DNA from: a virus
Taxonomy: Duplodnaviria > Caudoviricetes
Virus record (IMG/VR): IMGVR_UViG_3300033485_000008
Location: 1,861-65,860 of that record
DNA length: 64,000 nt
Reading direction: 5' to 3' (one strand)
The notes under the pieces: model-generated
What the model was told of the DNA's origin: nothing
Seen by the model: the letters and a program-made list of their open reading frames with translations, nothing else
Database searches by the model: none
Program-made: the position numbers and the translations under genes
Part shown: piece after piece, positions 27,384 through 36,138 of the stretch
Position numbering within the stretch: position 1 is the first letter of the stretch
How the letters are laid out: the number at the start of each line of letters is the position of its first letter

Positions 27384-27631
27384 CCTACGAGGAGGAGCGC
27401 GATTGCAAGGCGATGATGACGTGCAGGGCCGTGAGGTGCTGGGAACTAATGGACGACAACGACATCGTTGTGGTCCGGGTTGGGATGATTCCTGCGTGGA
27501 CTGCCGAGGAGGATCTTGGAGGGAAGGCTCCAGGGGAAGGCTGGAGGAAAATCGAGGGGGAGGAGCACCGTTTGCAGGCGCTTGCTCTCTACGACGAGGC
27601 AGAGCGACGAGGTAAGCCTCTGGTGGTGTGA
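27380..27631 (+). CDS. Hypothetical protein (83 aa)
   Basis: ATGA overlap; AAGGAGG SD. Confidence 0.7.
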   Translation: MTYEEERDCKAMMTCRAVRCWELMDDNDIVVVRVGMIPAWTAEEDLGGKAPGEGWRKIEGEEHRLQALALYDEAERRGKPLVV

Positions 27632-27963
27632 TGCGACCGACGACGTGTCACCACTGCTGGCGTTACTTTCCTAGTCGGGCTGCTTACGAGCGGCATTGGA
27701 TCGCTGGGTGCTGTCGAAGGCCAACGCACATTGCGTGCAGTGAATGTTCAACGGCCCTGGGAGCAACGGCCCAGGGCCTAAACCAACTGCTGAAAGGAAA
27801 GTCGAGGATGAAGGACAAAGCTGAACAGGTAGACATCGGCTGCTGGACGATGGCGGAAATGAGCAAGATGCTGGCAAAGCTCGTGGTAGAGCTGGACCCC
27901 GAGGTGATCCGTGAGGTTTTGCAGAAGGAGGGTGTCTGGAAGCGGGTCATCGGTGAGGAGTGA
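27628..27963 (+). CDS. Hypothetical protein with C2H2-like N-terminus (alternative start 27808)
   Basis: CHHCWRYF..YERH. Confidence 0.55.
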   Translation: MMRPTTCHHCWRYFPSRAAYERHWIAGCCRRPTHIACSECSTALGATAQGLNQLLKGKSRMKDKAEQVDIGCWTMAEMSKMLAKLVVELDPEVIREVLQKEGVWKRVIGEE

Positions 27964-27967
27964 GGAG

Positions 27968-28201
27968 ATGCCAGACAAACAAGCAATCGTCATTGTGGGA
28001 AACGTCATCGACGGCCTGACCATTTGGGGACCGTTTACCAACAGCGAGCAAGCTAACGCCTGGGCTGATGGCAACGAGGACACCGACCTGAAGCACGAGG
28101 AATGGCTCATCGTGAGCCTGGAGCCTCCGACGCTCGCGGACTGGATGCTGGAGGACTACGGGTCCGTGACTGCGCCTCTTGTCGAGGCACGGGATGGCTA
28201 A
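27968..28201 (+). CDS. Hypothetical protein (77 aa)
   Basis: GAGGAG SD; IVGNVIDGLTIWGPF motif. Confidence 0.7.
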   Translation: MPDKQAIVIVGNVIDGLTIWGPFTNSEQANAWADGNEDTDLKHEEWLIVSLEPPTLADWMLEDYGSVTAPLVEARDG

Positions 28202-28406
28202 CAAGTGGGTGGAGGTGACGCCTGCGCTCCTGGCTGACAACGTGGTTGGCTGGGTGCGCGATCATCCGTCCTGGTCGTGGCGCTGGGTGCTGTCGCACTA
28301 TGCTAGAGTCTGGAGCGTCAGCAAACCAGACACGGCCAGGGCACGGAGGTTGATCCGACGCCGGCTGCAAACGGAGGAGGACACGACGCATGGACGAAAC
28401 GCCTGA
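28194..28406 (+). CDS. Hypothetical protein (70 aa)
   Basis: Overlapping junctions. Confidence 0.55.
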   Translation: MANKWVEVTPALLADNVVGWVRDHPSWSWRWVLSHYARVWSVSKPDTARARRLIRRRLQTEEDTTHGRNA

Positions 28407-28653
28407 CACGAGGACGATGCACGACCTGTATCAAGAAGCGATAGTAGTGCAGGACGCCTGCAACCTTAGCGGGGTTGTTCTGGGGTTCTCGCGTGCCATC
28501 CGGCGCTTGCGTCAGCTCACACCTGACGCGGGGACCGATACCATAAACAAGCATCCCCTCTGCGTGCTCTGGGCGAGCAAGGTGGCAAGCCTGACCGACT
28601 GTGAGAATCACGAGCGGTTCTTCTCGGCTTGCGACGAAGCAGAGAAGGTCTAA
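28390..28653 (+). CDS. Hypothetical protein (87 aa)
   Basis: GGAGG SD; AIVVQDACNLSGVV motif. Confidence 0.7.
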   Translation: MDETPDTRTMHDLYQEAIVVQDACNLSGVVLGFSRAIRRLRQLTPDAGTDTINKHPLCVLWASKVASLTDCENHERFFSACDEAEKV

Positions 28654-28898
28654 TGGGCTGGTACTACCTACCGCTGGTTGGTTCGCAATACGGCCCTTGT
28701 GTGCCCAACGAGTTTGGCGACTGTAAGCATCGGGCCTGCGAGTGTACCCGCCAGCAATTCCGGGCCATCTGTAAGCTCTGCGGCAAGGCCATTGGAGAAG
28801 GGGCTCGGGTGTACTTTGGGCCTAAGCACGAGCTGACACATGCCAGGTGCGAGGAGACAGCCGAAGAAAGGAGAAGGACGGATGGAAGAAACGACTGA
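28653..28898 (+). CDS. Cys/His-rich Zn-binding hypothetical protein
   Basis: TAATG overlap; CKH..C and CKLC..HARC. Confidence 0.65.
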   Translation: MGWYYLPLVGSQYGPCVPNEFGDCKHRACECTRQQFRAICKLCGKAIGEGARVYFGPKHELTHARCEETAEERRRTDGRND

Positions 28899-29676
28899 TA
28901 AGCAGAGGTTCACGGCGCTTTACGACTCTGTACTGAAGTCAATGCGGCAGCATCGGCCCGACTTGCGTTGGACTCTGGAGGACCGTGAGACCGACATGGC
29001 GGCCACCTACGCAACGCTTGTTGCGTCCCAGTACGACGGCCAGCTTGAACCCCTGCCCCGGATCTTACTGATCCGGGCGCATGACTCCCGAGGACCAAGA
29101 CTCAAGGCCGTTATTAGCTACTGCCCCACTTACCGTGCTTACGTCAGCCTCAGCGACATGAGCTTGCCTGGTATTTCATTCAGTTTGAACCGTCACCCGG
29201 ACCAAATTGCCCGACGCATCCTCAAGGAGGTGTTCCCTGCCGCTGAAGACCTTGCAAACAGGCTCAAGGGGGAAATCCTGGGCGTGACGCGGTGCAAGGC
29301 GAAGCTTGCCTCGATCCGGCACGAAGTAAGGAAGCTCGCCGGATCGCTAATCCGTCACGAGCCTGACCCTCGAAGTGAGTACGCTTGGAAGGCAACGCTC
29401 GGGACCTATGGCAGCAGTGTGTGTGTCGCTGACCTTGCGGTGACGGTGTACGAAGCTGGGGAGAACGTCTCTTGTAGTTTCCGCTCAGACAACCTGGCTC
29501 TTGCCCCGTTCCTGAATCTGGTCATGCAAGCTGCGCTCATCAACAACCATCTGGGCAGCAATGTCTGCGCTCGCCTTGACGATCAGGTGAATGTCGTCCG
29601 TGCTAAGGTGTACCCGAAGGAGGAGAAAGCCAATGAGGAAGCAGCGAGCGACCCAGAAGGAACAACCGACTGTTAA
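28882..29676 (+). CDS. Hypothetical protein (264 aa)
   Basis: AAGGA SD; long globular ORF. Confidence 0.7.
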   Translation: MEETTDKQRFTALYDSVLKSMRQHRPDLRWTLEDRETDMAATYATLVASQYDGQLEPLPRILLIRAHDSRGPRLKAVISYCPTYRAYVSLSDMSLPGISFSLNRHPDQIARRILKEVFPAAEDLANRLKGEILGVTRCKAKLASIRHEVRKLAGSLIRHEPDPRSEYAWKATLGTYGSSVCVADLAVTVYEAGENVSCSFRSDNLALAPFLNLVMQAALINNHLGSNVCARLDDQVNVVRAKVYPKEEKANEEAASDPEGTTDC

Positions 29677-29839
29677 GCTCATCTGTCTGACGTGCCGAGC
29701 TGTCCATGATGCCCAGCCAGGCGACGGCCAGGTACACCGGGAGTGTCCAGAGTGCGACTCCAGTGACCTGGACGTGGCAGAGTACGGCATCGACATCGAG
29801 GACGATCTAGGACGGGAACGCTGGCACAGGAAATACTGA
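29633..29839 (+). CDS. Small Zn-ribbon protein
   Basis: CLTC..CPEC. Confidence 0.6.
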   Translation: MRKQRATQKEQPTVKLICLTCRAVHDAQPGDGQVHRECPECDSSDLDVAEYGIDIEDDLGRERWHRKY

Positions 29840-29853
29840 GAAGGAGGGAGGTA

Positions 29854-30309
29854 ATGCTAACGCCAATGCAGGTGCGAGCGGTTCGGAGAGCCGCCAAGGA
29901 GCTGAAGGGGCGGGCTGTCTGGGGTGCTGATAACGTGGTGCGGGTGTACCTGCCAAGTGGAGCCCGGTTCGCAGCCTGGACGGAGCCGGAGGGTGACAAG
30001 CTGATTGAGGAGCTTTCGCAGAGGGTTCTGGCCCAGCATGGAGCGACCCGGGAGCCATGCAACGCGGTGATCGACTTGTCCCGTCCTTGTGGGAGTAAGC
30101 GGGTGCGGGGGTTTCAGCCGCCCTGGCACACTGTGTTCTTGTACCGCTGCCCGGACTGTGGCGGGGTTACCACGGTTCGGGCTGGTGCGTTTCACGGCAA
30201 GACCCCCGTGCCCGGGGTTGGTGCTATCCTATGCCCGCGTCTGATCTACAGACCCTCGGACCCTGGAGGACGTCCGAGCGAGGTAAACGTGTGTGGTAGA
30301 GTCAGCTAA
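29854..30309 (+). CDS. Hypothetical protein with Zn-ribbon C-terminus
   Basis: GGAGGT SD; CPDC. Confidence 0.65.
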   Translation: MLTPMQVRAVRRAAKELKGRAVWGADNVVRVYLPSGARFAAWTEPEGDKLIEELSQRVLAQHGATREPCNAVIDLSRPCGSKRVRGFQPPWHTVFLYRCPDCGGVTTVRAGAFHGKTPVPGVGAILCPRLIYRPSDPGGRPSEVNVCGRVS

Positions 30310-30336
30310 ACGACCGCAGCAGAAGGAGGGAGGAAC

Positions 30337-30852
30337 ATGAAGAGCCTTGACGAGTACGAGCAGAGGTTGAGGGAACTCACGCCGCTGTCGGGCCACACTG
30401 GCCCGGAGTCGGCATTCGTGGTGCCTGACTACCCCTACGGTTTCGTGCTGCGCTGCACGATCCGGTATTGGATCGAGCACAGTAAGCACGGCTGGCGCAT
30501 GGTGAGCCAGACCACGAACCCTAGGCGACCGACAACGGTATGGAACAAGCCGAAGCCGAGCACCTACACGGCGGGCCTGGTGATGCTCGCCATCGAGGAA
30601 CGGACCAGGCACGTTGTCAGGATGGACCTTGACCAGTTCGCGGAGGAGGCTTACGCCTGGGCGTATATGCAATGGGCAGGCGAGAACCTTGACGCGGCCC
30701 AGCGCCGCCGCCTGCTTGAGATTGTCGCCGCTGACCGTGCCCGCGTTGAGAAGCACGCAACGACCCGCGAGGTGGTGCTCGCCTTCCGGGCGCACCTTGC
30801 CACCCTGGTTGCGGCGGATCGACCGACTAATGGAGCGGCGCAGCCAGCATGA
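30337..30852 (+). CDS. Hypothetical protein (171 aa)
   Basis: GGAGG SD; DYPYGF.LRC.IRYWIE..RMVSQTTNP motif. Confidence 0.75.
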   Translation: MKSLDEYEQRLRELTPLSGHTGPESAFVVPDYPYGFVLRCTIRYWIEHSKHGWRMVSQTTNPRRPTTVWNKPKPSTYTAGLVMLAIEERTRHVVRMDLDQFAEEAYAWAYMQWAGENLDAAQRRRLLEIVAADRARVEKHATTREVVLAFRAHLATLVAADRPTNGAAQPA

Positions 30853-31040
30853 CCCTGGTGGTGGGTCTGCTGTTGATGGTCATGGGTGCGGTGCAGGTCA
30901 GCCATGCTTTTGAACCTCGGGAGACACACCGGCCAGTTCCCCCGCGTCCCGTCGTATGGCCCGCGTTCTTTCTTGGAGCGGGTCTCCTTCTTGTCGGGGC
31001 GTTTCTGGCCGTGGTCTCCCTGGGACCCCCCGGCAAATAA
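30849..31040 (+). CDS. Small 2-TM membrane protein
   Basis: Two hydrophobic segments; ATGA overlap. Confidence 0.6.
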   Translation: MTLVVGLLLMVMGAVQVSHAFEPRETHRPVPPRPVVWPAFFLGAGLLLVGAFLAVVSLGPPGK

Positions 31041-31111
31041 CCGGAGTTGCGAGGACCCCCAGCGTCAGGATGGGCCTGGCGCTGGGGTGCCGGGGGGGCT
31101 GTGCCTGGGCG

Positions 31112-31120
31112 TGCTATGAT
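31112..31120 (+). promoter_or_regulatory. Extended -10 promoter
   Basis: TGcTATGAT in the intergenic gap upstream of the DUF932-like gene. Confidence 0.55.
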
Positions 31121-31191
31121 CGACGTTCGGCACCGCTCCACGGGGGGGCGGTGGCGGGGGGCGATCATGCCCCAGCAACAAGGGGGAAGCC

Positions 31192-32292
31192 ATGAGTGAG
31201 AGCATCATTCGAGACAAGTTAGAAGCTGCGATCAGGAGCCGCGAGGCAACGGCGGGGACCGTGGTTGCTCGCACGCTCGAAGAGGTACCCGTTGACAGCA
31301 TTGTCAGGGGCTCGGCCTTGAGCTGGCAACACCGGCCCGTCAATCTGCCAGCCATCCGGCCCGCGAACTACCAGGACCCGGTCCCCGTGCTTGAGGCTGC
31401 GTATCCTGACCAAGATGGGCGCACGGTGGCGCTCGGGATGCACCCTCACGCTTTCCGCCAGGTGGCGGAGCGGGCGGGGGTCCCCACCCAGTATGCCGAG
31501 GCTCTGAACGGGGGGGAGGAGTGGCAGCGTGCTTTGTTGCGTCACACCCTGGCGGAGAGCTATCAGCACGCCGCTGGGCGGTACCTGGTGCGGTCCGTGA
31601 AGGGGGAGATGAGGGGTTTTCTTTCCGACCGTTTCCGCCGCCTCGATGTGCGGCCTTTGCTTGAGACCTTCGTGTCAGAGGCAACGGCCCGGGGGGCGGT
31701 CCCGTTCGAGGGGTTGGCCTCGGACGTCAGAGTCCAGTTGAAGGCCCTCATCCCCACGCCGGTTGAGGTCGTCCCTGGGGAGTGGGTTGCACTGGGGGCG
31801 GAGTGGGCCAACAGCGACTACGGGGCGGGTAAGTACCGGCTTGCCCTGTTCATTTTGCGCGTGCTCTGTATCAACGGCCTGGTCGGGTCTGACTTGATTT
31901 CGCAGGTGCATCTCGGGGGACGGCTCGACTCCCGGCTTGAATACTCGCGCCGGACTTACGAGCTGGACACCGCGACCATGAGGAGCGCAACCCGGGACCT
32001 GGTCAAGGTGGCGTTCAGTGAAGAGACCCGCCAGGCTCAGATCGGCAAGATCCGCGAGGTGGCGGCCAAGCAGATTGACGCGGGCCATCTGGCCCGGAAC
32101 TGGGGGAAGGCCCTAACCAAGGATGAGCTCGCCAAGGTCCGCGAGGCATACGAAGGCCCGGACGTCGAAAACTTGCCCCCCGGCCCTACCGCCTGGAGGG
32201 CGACTCAAGCCTTGGCGTGGGTTGCTCGCACCCTCCCCGATGATCGGCGTCTTGACCTTGAACGGCTCGCCGGCCAATCCCTCGCCGCCTGA
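31192..32292 (+). CDS. DUF932-like protein
   Basis: HAFRQVAERAGVP..YLVRSV..RGFLSDRFRRLD..LFILRVLCINGLV (R..C.NG signature). Confidence 0.7.
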   Translation: MSESIIRDKLEAAIRSREATAGTVVARTLEEVPVDSIVRGSALSWQHRPVNLPAIRPANYQDPVPVLEAAYPDQDGRTVALGMHPHAFRQVAERAGVPTQYAEALNGGEEWQRALLRHTLAESYQHAAGRYLVRSVKGEMRGFLSDRFRRLDVRPLLETFVSEATARGAVPFEGLASDVRVQLKALIPTPVEVVPGEWVALGAEWANSDYGAGKYRLALFILRVLCINGLVGSDLISQVHLGGRLDSRLEYSRRTYELDTATMRSATRDLVKVAFSEETRQAQIGKIREVAAKQIDAGHLARNWGKALTKDELAKVREAYEGPDVENLPPGPTAWRATQALAWVARTLPDDRRLDLERLAGQSLAA

Positions 32293-32316
32293 TCGCCCGC
32301 TAGACGCCCGCAACCT

Positions 32317-32338
32317 GGGGGGGACGGCCTTCCCCCCC
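32317..32338 (+). terminator. G/C hairpin after the DUF932-like gene
   Basis: GGGGGGGA-CGGCCT-TCCCCCCC; no clear U-tract. Confidence 0.45.
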
Positions 32339-32399
32339 GGGCCTCCTCCCCGAGCCCGCAGCAGACCCGCCAGCACGCCGCCAGCCATGCCCCCGAGTG

Positions 32400-32408
32400 T
32401 GCTATGAT
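32400..32408 (+). promoter_or_regulatory. Extended -10 promoter
   Basis: TGcTATGAT, followed by CAGATTGGAGGA (SD) before ATG 32455. Confidence 0.6.
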
Positions 32409-32454
32409 GCAAACCGGCCGGAAGCCTAACCCCTCCGGCCAGATTGGAGGAACG

Positions 32455-32736
32455 ATGGCACGAGCCAAGAAGAAGCCCGCGAACCCCGAGCCCCCGGCCT
32501 CAGTGGTCGAGCCCGTCACCTCGGAGCCCGCCCGCCTGTGCGCCCTCTGCGGTGTCGTGATCTCCACCCCGCTGGATGGCTTCCGCTTCCTCAAGGGCGA
32601 CCAGGAAGCCTGCGAGCGTTGCGGCTGGAATCTCCGAGCCCGCACATGTCAACACCGCTGGGTGCACGACGCACGCGGCCAGAAGCCCGCAACCTGCGCC
32701 CGGTGCGGCTCCGTCCGAGAGCCCGCCCTCCTCTGA
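32455..32736 (+). CDS. Multi-CxxC Zn-ribbon protein
   Basis: CALC, CERC, CQHRW..CARC. Confidence 0.7.
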   Translation: MARAKKKPANPEPPASVVEPVTSEPARLCALCGVVISTPLDGFRFLKGDQEACERCGWNLRARTCQHRWVHDARGQKPATCARCGSVREPALL

Positions 32737-32754
32737 CCCTCCCCCTCCCTCAGC

Positions 32755-32792
32755 GCGGGGGGTTGACCCTTCGGGGTCTCCCCCCGCATAAT
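32755..32792 (+). promoter_or_regulatory. cUUCGg hairpin overlapping a sigma70-type promoter
   Basis: GCGGGGGG-TT-GACCC-TTCG-GGGTC-T-CCCCCCGC; TTGACC (32763)-N18-CATAAT (32787). Confidence 0.55.
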
Positions 32793-32802
32793 CCCCAACA
32801 GA

Positions 32803-33051
32803 GTGCTACCCCTCACCTCATTAAGCCCTCCCCCCTCACCTCCCCCCCTCCGCCCCCTCCGCCTGTGCGTTAGATGTTCTCATGCCTGGCTGGGGAGGAA
32901 GAGGGGGACCACCGACCAGTGCCCACGCTGCCGCACCCGTCACCGCACAACTCCGCGAAATCCCAGGCGATCCCGGCGCGTTGCTTCGGAGCGATCACTC
33001 CGGCTCGCTCGCGCCCGGGCGCTCTTCCTCCAGCTCTCCGGCCTGTGGTGA
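32803..33051 (+). CDS. Zn-ribbon protein with Pro-rich N-terminus
   Basis: CVRCSHAW..CPRC; GTG 10 nt after the -10 box. Confidence 0.55.
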   Translation: MLPLTSLSPPPSPPPLRPLRLCVRCSHAWLGRKRGTTDQCPRCRTRHRTTPRNPRRSRRVASERSLRLARARALFLQLSGLW

Positions 33052-33256
33052 AGTCCCGAACCCCAGCACTCCGAAGCCTTCGAGCCCTCCGGCTCCGGTG
33101 AGCCCTGCCCGGCCCTCCGGCCTTCGGCGCTCCGTGGCCCGAGCTATCGGCGCTGGCTGGCTGCGCTGGCCGCAGGAGACCGGCAAACTCTGAATCCAAG
33201 GCGAGCTGTGGCCCAATTTCAGGTCTACCCCTCACCCGCGCCACCCAAAAAAATAA

Positions 33257-33294
33257 AAAGCGCATTGACGGACTGAAAGCGCACTGACGGACTG
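33257..33294. repeat. Tandem 19-bp direct repeat
   Basis: AAAGCGCATTGACGGACTG / AAAGCGCACTGACGGACTG, one mismatch. Confidence 0.85.
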
Positions 33295-33343
33295 GGGGAG
33301 GCATTTCGTGGAGGGCTGAAGGTTTGACAGTAGGCGCAGGTAT

Positions 33344-33694
33344 ATGAGAAGGTGGGTGGCGTTGGAGGGTTTTGGGATGTGGAAGCGAGTTTTAGTGGCA
33401 TTTCTGGTTCTTTTTGGGGCATTTTTCAGTGGGAAGGCATTTGCGAGTGTGATGGTGACGTCACCGGACGGGCAGTGGGGGTGTGAGGCGTACACGAAGG
33501 CGGAGAGCAGGGAGCAGTGGGGCGAGCGTAATGGTCATGTGGTGTTGTGTTTTGATGGGAGTGGGCAGTTGGCGGGGTATGTGTTGAGGAAGAACGGGGC
33601 GGTGCGGTGTACGATTCACGGGGAGTTGGAGCCGATGTATCAATGTGGGTGGTTGCAGTGGTGTGGTGAGCTGGCGAGTGAGCCGTGTGAGTGA
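33344..33694 (+). CDS. Small secreted Cys-containing protein (alternative start 33377)
   Basis: Signal peptide MWKRVLVAFLVLFGAFFSGKAFA. Confidence 0.6.
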   Translation: MRRWVALEGFGMWKRVLVAFLVLFGAFFSGKAFASVMVTSPDGQWGCEAYTKAESREQWGERNGHVVLCFDGSGQLAGYVLRKNGAVRCTIHGELEPMYQCGWLQWCGELASEPCE

Positions 33695-33704
33695 GGGGGG
33701 AGTC

Positions 33705-33899
33705 ATGTCGGAGCAGGGTGAGGGTAAGGATTTGACGGAGGAGGGGCGGAGGATCGTGGATGAGTTGAGCAAGCCGGAGGAGGGGCAGGGGGAGCGGAAG
33801 CCGGACTATGAGGCTGTGTTCAATACTTTCGGGTTTCGTTGTCCGCACTGCAAGAGCATACTCTCGGTGGTCGTGCATATTCACGGTTTTCCTTCTTGA
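33705..33899 (+). CDS. Small acidic protein with CxxC/His motif
   Basis: GGGGGAG SD; CPHC..HIH. Confidence 0.6.
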   Translation: MSEQGEGKDLTEEGRRIVDELSKPEEGQGERKPDYEAVFNTFGFRCPHCKSILSVVVHIHGFPS

Positions 33900-33919
33900 C
33901 GTGGGGTGGGGGCTGATGA

Positions 33920-35752
33920 GTGCTCTCCTGCAATGAATTATTGAAGCTCATGGCCGCTACGCGGAAGGATCCGCGTACATGGCTTGAGCGTGCGTTCTAC
34001 ATCACGACGAAGGGCAATCCGGGGCAGGCTCCGGTGATGACCCTTCGGCTGAACGATCCCCAGGCAGACATCAACGCAGCGATTCTTGAGAGGCGCAAGG
34101 CGGGCCGTCCTCCGCGCCTGATCGTGTTGAAGGCGCGACAGCCGGGAGTTTCGACTTTCTGTTGCGGGATCGTGACGGCGACGGCCTGGTCGATACCGCA
34201 CAGCACGTCGATGATCCTGACCCACCTGGACGAGTCTTCGGAGAAGATGCTCGCGAAGTGTGCGTTTGGCGTTGACAACCTTCCGGTGGAGATCAAGCCG
34301 GTCGAGAAGCGGCGGAAGACCGACCTGATCAAGTTCGATTACATTCAGTGTTCCGATGGGCGTGTGAAGCTCAATTCCGAGATCCAGGTCGCGACGGCCT
34401 CCGGCAAGGAACTCTGGAGGGGCATGACGATCCGGGTGGCTCACTGCTCGGAGTTCGCCCGCTTCCCGTATCCGGCCAGGACTCTCGGAGGGTTGATCCA
34501 GGCGGTGCCGAAGATTCCCGAGAGTCTTGTCGTGATCGAGAGCACGGCACAGGGAGAGGGAGACGTCTTTCACAGCGAGTGGCTGCGTGCGGAGAGCGGG
34601 GAGAGCGACTTCGTGCCGATCTTCATTCCGTGGTGGCGTCTTCCCGATGCGACGATGGTCGTGCCTCCCAATTTCCGGCTGACTCCCGAGGAGAGGGCGC
34701 TCAAGAAGAAGTACAACCTCACCGATCCTCAGCTCTCGTGGTATCGCTACGTGCTCAGGACGGAATGTCAGGGAGACAAGGATCTTTTCGACCAGGAGTT
34801 TCCCGGCAGTCCCCAGATGGCGTTCCTCACGTCGGGCAGGCCGTCGTTTCCGACCAAGCCACTGGCCGAGATGTACGAACGGGCTCGCAAGATCGAGCCG
34901 ATGCGCGGGGAACTCGTCGAGTTCGCCGATGGCATCCGGTTTTCCAAGTCCCGGGACGGATGCCTCGCGATCTACGTTGGTCCGAAGCGGGACCACGAGT
35001 ATTGCATCGGCGGTGACTGCTCAGCGGGTGTCGAGGGCGGCGACTTCTCGTGTTCCGCCGTGTACGACAGGCAGACTTCCGAGATCGTCGCGGTCTGGCA
35101 CGGGAAGATAACGCCAATAGAGTTCGGGCAGAGGATGATGGCCCTGGGCCGTTACTACAACACGGCCTGGCTGGCTCCTGAGGTCAGCGGCGGTCATGGT
35201 TTCGTCGTCATAGCGGAAATAAAGCAGAACTTCTATCCCAGGATCTACGTCTACACGCGCCAGGACAAGATCCGGAACACGATCACGAACTTTCTCGGCT
35301 GGGAGACGACGTACCGCACCCGGGGCCTCCTTCTCGACTCGATGCACTGGGCGATCTCCAATCACGAGATCATGGTCTGGGACATCGGCACGATCAAGGA
35401 GCTGCGCGAGATGCGCTACGTCGATGCCCGTCGTGCGGAAGGTCTTCACTACGACGACCGGGCGTTTGCGACCATGATCGCGTACCGTTGCCACTTGGAG
35501 ATGCCGATGGAGGCGACCGGGATGCCCCCGCGTCTGCGGATACCTCCGGACCCGAAGATTGATGACGACCTGCCTCCGTTGCCGGAGGAACCCCTTGCCC
35601 GTGAGATATGGCAGGAGACCGATCAGATCCTGCGAACGATGGTCACTTCGAGGCAGCGTATGCTTGACGAGTATGGGCAAATACCGGATCCTAAAGATGA
35701 GGCGACGTGGGATCCCGGTGGTAGAGACTGGCTTCCGGAGGTCCCTTACTGA
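33920..35752 (+). CDS. terL: Terminase large subunit
   Basis: Walker A LKARQPGVST, Walker B HCSE, ESTAQG coupling motif, nuclease GGDCSAG and HYDDRAFA. Confidence 0.95.
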   Translation: MLSCNELLKLMAATRKDPRTWLERAFYITTKGNPGQAPVMTLRLNDPQADINAAILERRKAGRPPRLIVLKARQPGVSTFCCGIVTATAWSIPHSTSMILTHLDESSEKMLAKCAFGVDNLPVEIKPVEKRRKTDLIKFDYIQCSDGRVKLNSEIQVATASGKELWRGMTIRVAHCSEFARFPYPARTLGGLIQAVPKIPESLVVIESTAQGEGDVFHSEWLRAESGESDFVPIFIPWWRLPDATMVVPPNFRLTPEERALKKKYNLTDPQLSWYRYVLRTECQGDKDLFDQEFPGSPQMAFLTSGRPSFPTKPLAEMYERARKIEPMRGELVEFADGIRFSKSRDGCLAIYVGPKRDHEYCIGGDCSAGVEGGDFSCSAVYDRQTSEIVAVWHGKITPIEFGQRMMALGRYYNTAWLAPEVSGGHGFVVIAEIKQNFYPRIYVYTRQDKIRNTITNFLGWETTYRTRGLLLDSMHWAISNHEIMVWDIGTIKELREMRYVDARRAEGLHYDDRAFATMIAYRCHLEMPMEATGMPPRLRIPPDPKIDDDLPPLPEEPLAREIWQETDQILRTMVTSRQRMLDEYGQIPDPKDEATWDPGGRDWLPEVPY

Positions 35753-35795
35753 GGGGTGCGGAATGACGCCCTATGGCAGGCACGCCGGCTAGAAA

Positions 35796-35939
35796 ATGCG
35801 TTTCAGGCGCAGGAAAAGCGAAGGTTTCAAGCTCCGGAGGGAACAACGGATCCGCACGGGGCCGGAGCGCACGAGAATGGAGCCCCGGTCAGCCCGTGAG
35901 AACAGGCGCGACCTTCGCCTCTCGAATAGGACGTCGTGA
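35796..35939 (+). CDS. Arg-rich micro-ORF (47 aa; not in ORF track)
   Basis: MRFRRRKSEGFKLRREQRIR...; stop overlaps the next ATG (TGATG). Confidence 0.4.
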   Translation: MRFRRRKSEGFKLRREQRIRTGPERTRMEPRSARENRRDLRLSNRTS

Positions 35940-36109
35940 TGGCGGTTCGCACAGTAGACAACATCAGCGAGACCGCCAGCACGATGAAAACTCGGTACCC
36001 TCAACCCCGTCAGAAGAGAGACCCCTTTGGGATCAAGTTCCGCAGGGGATTTCGGACCCACCAGAGGGTCGAAGGTGTCAGGCCGCTCTTTCGCTCGCCG
36101 AAGCGTTAG
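35939..36109 (+). CDS. Arg-rich micro-ORF (56 aa; not in ORF track)
   Basis: MAVRTVDNISE...FRRGFRTHQR...RSPKR; coupled by TGATG. Confidence 0.45.
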   Translation: MAVRTVDNISETASTMKTRYPQPRQKRDPFGIKFRRGFRTHQRVEGVRPLFRSPKR

Positions 36110-36138
36110 GCGTGTACCGTTCCGAAGAGGAAACGTGC

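Noticed and set aside
33324-33346. TTGACA followed by TATATG as a late promoter
   Set aside because: The spacer is only 11 bp and no acceptable -10 lies at 16-18 bp.
35773-36138. N-terminal half of the 251-aa track ORF
   Set aside because: Low-information sequence without an SD. An SD-supported GTG at 36139 and coupled micro-ORFs in other frames explain the region better.
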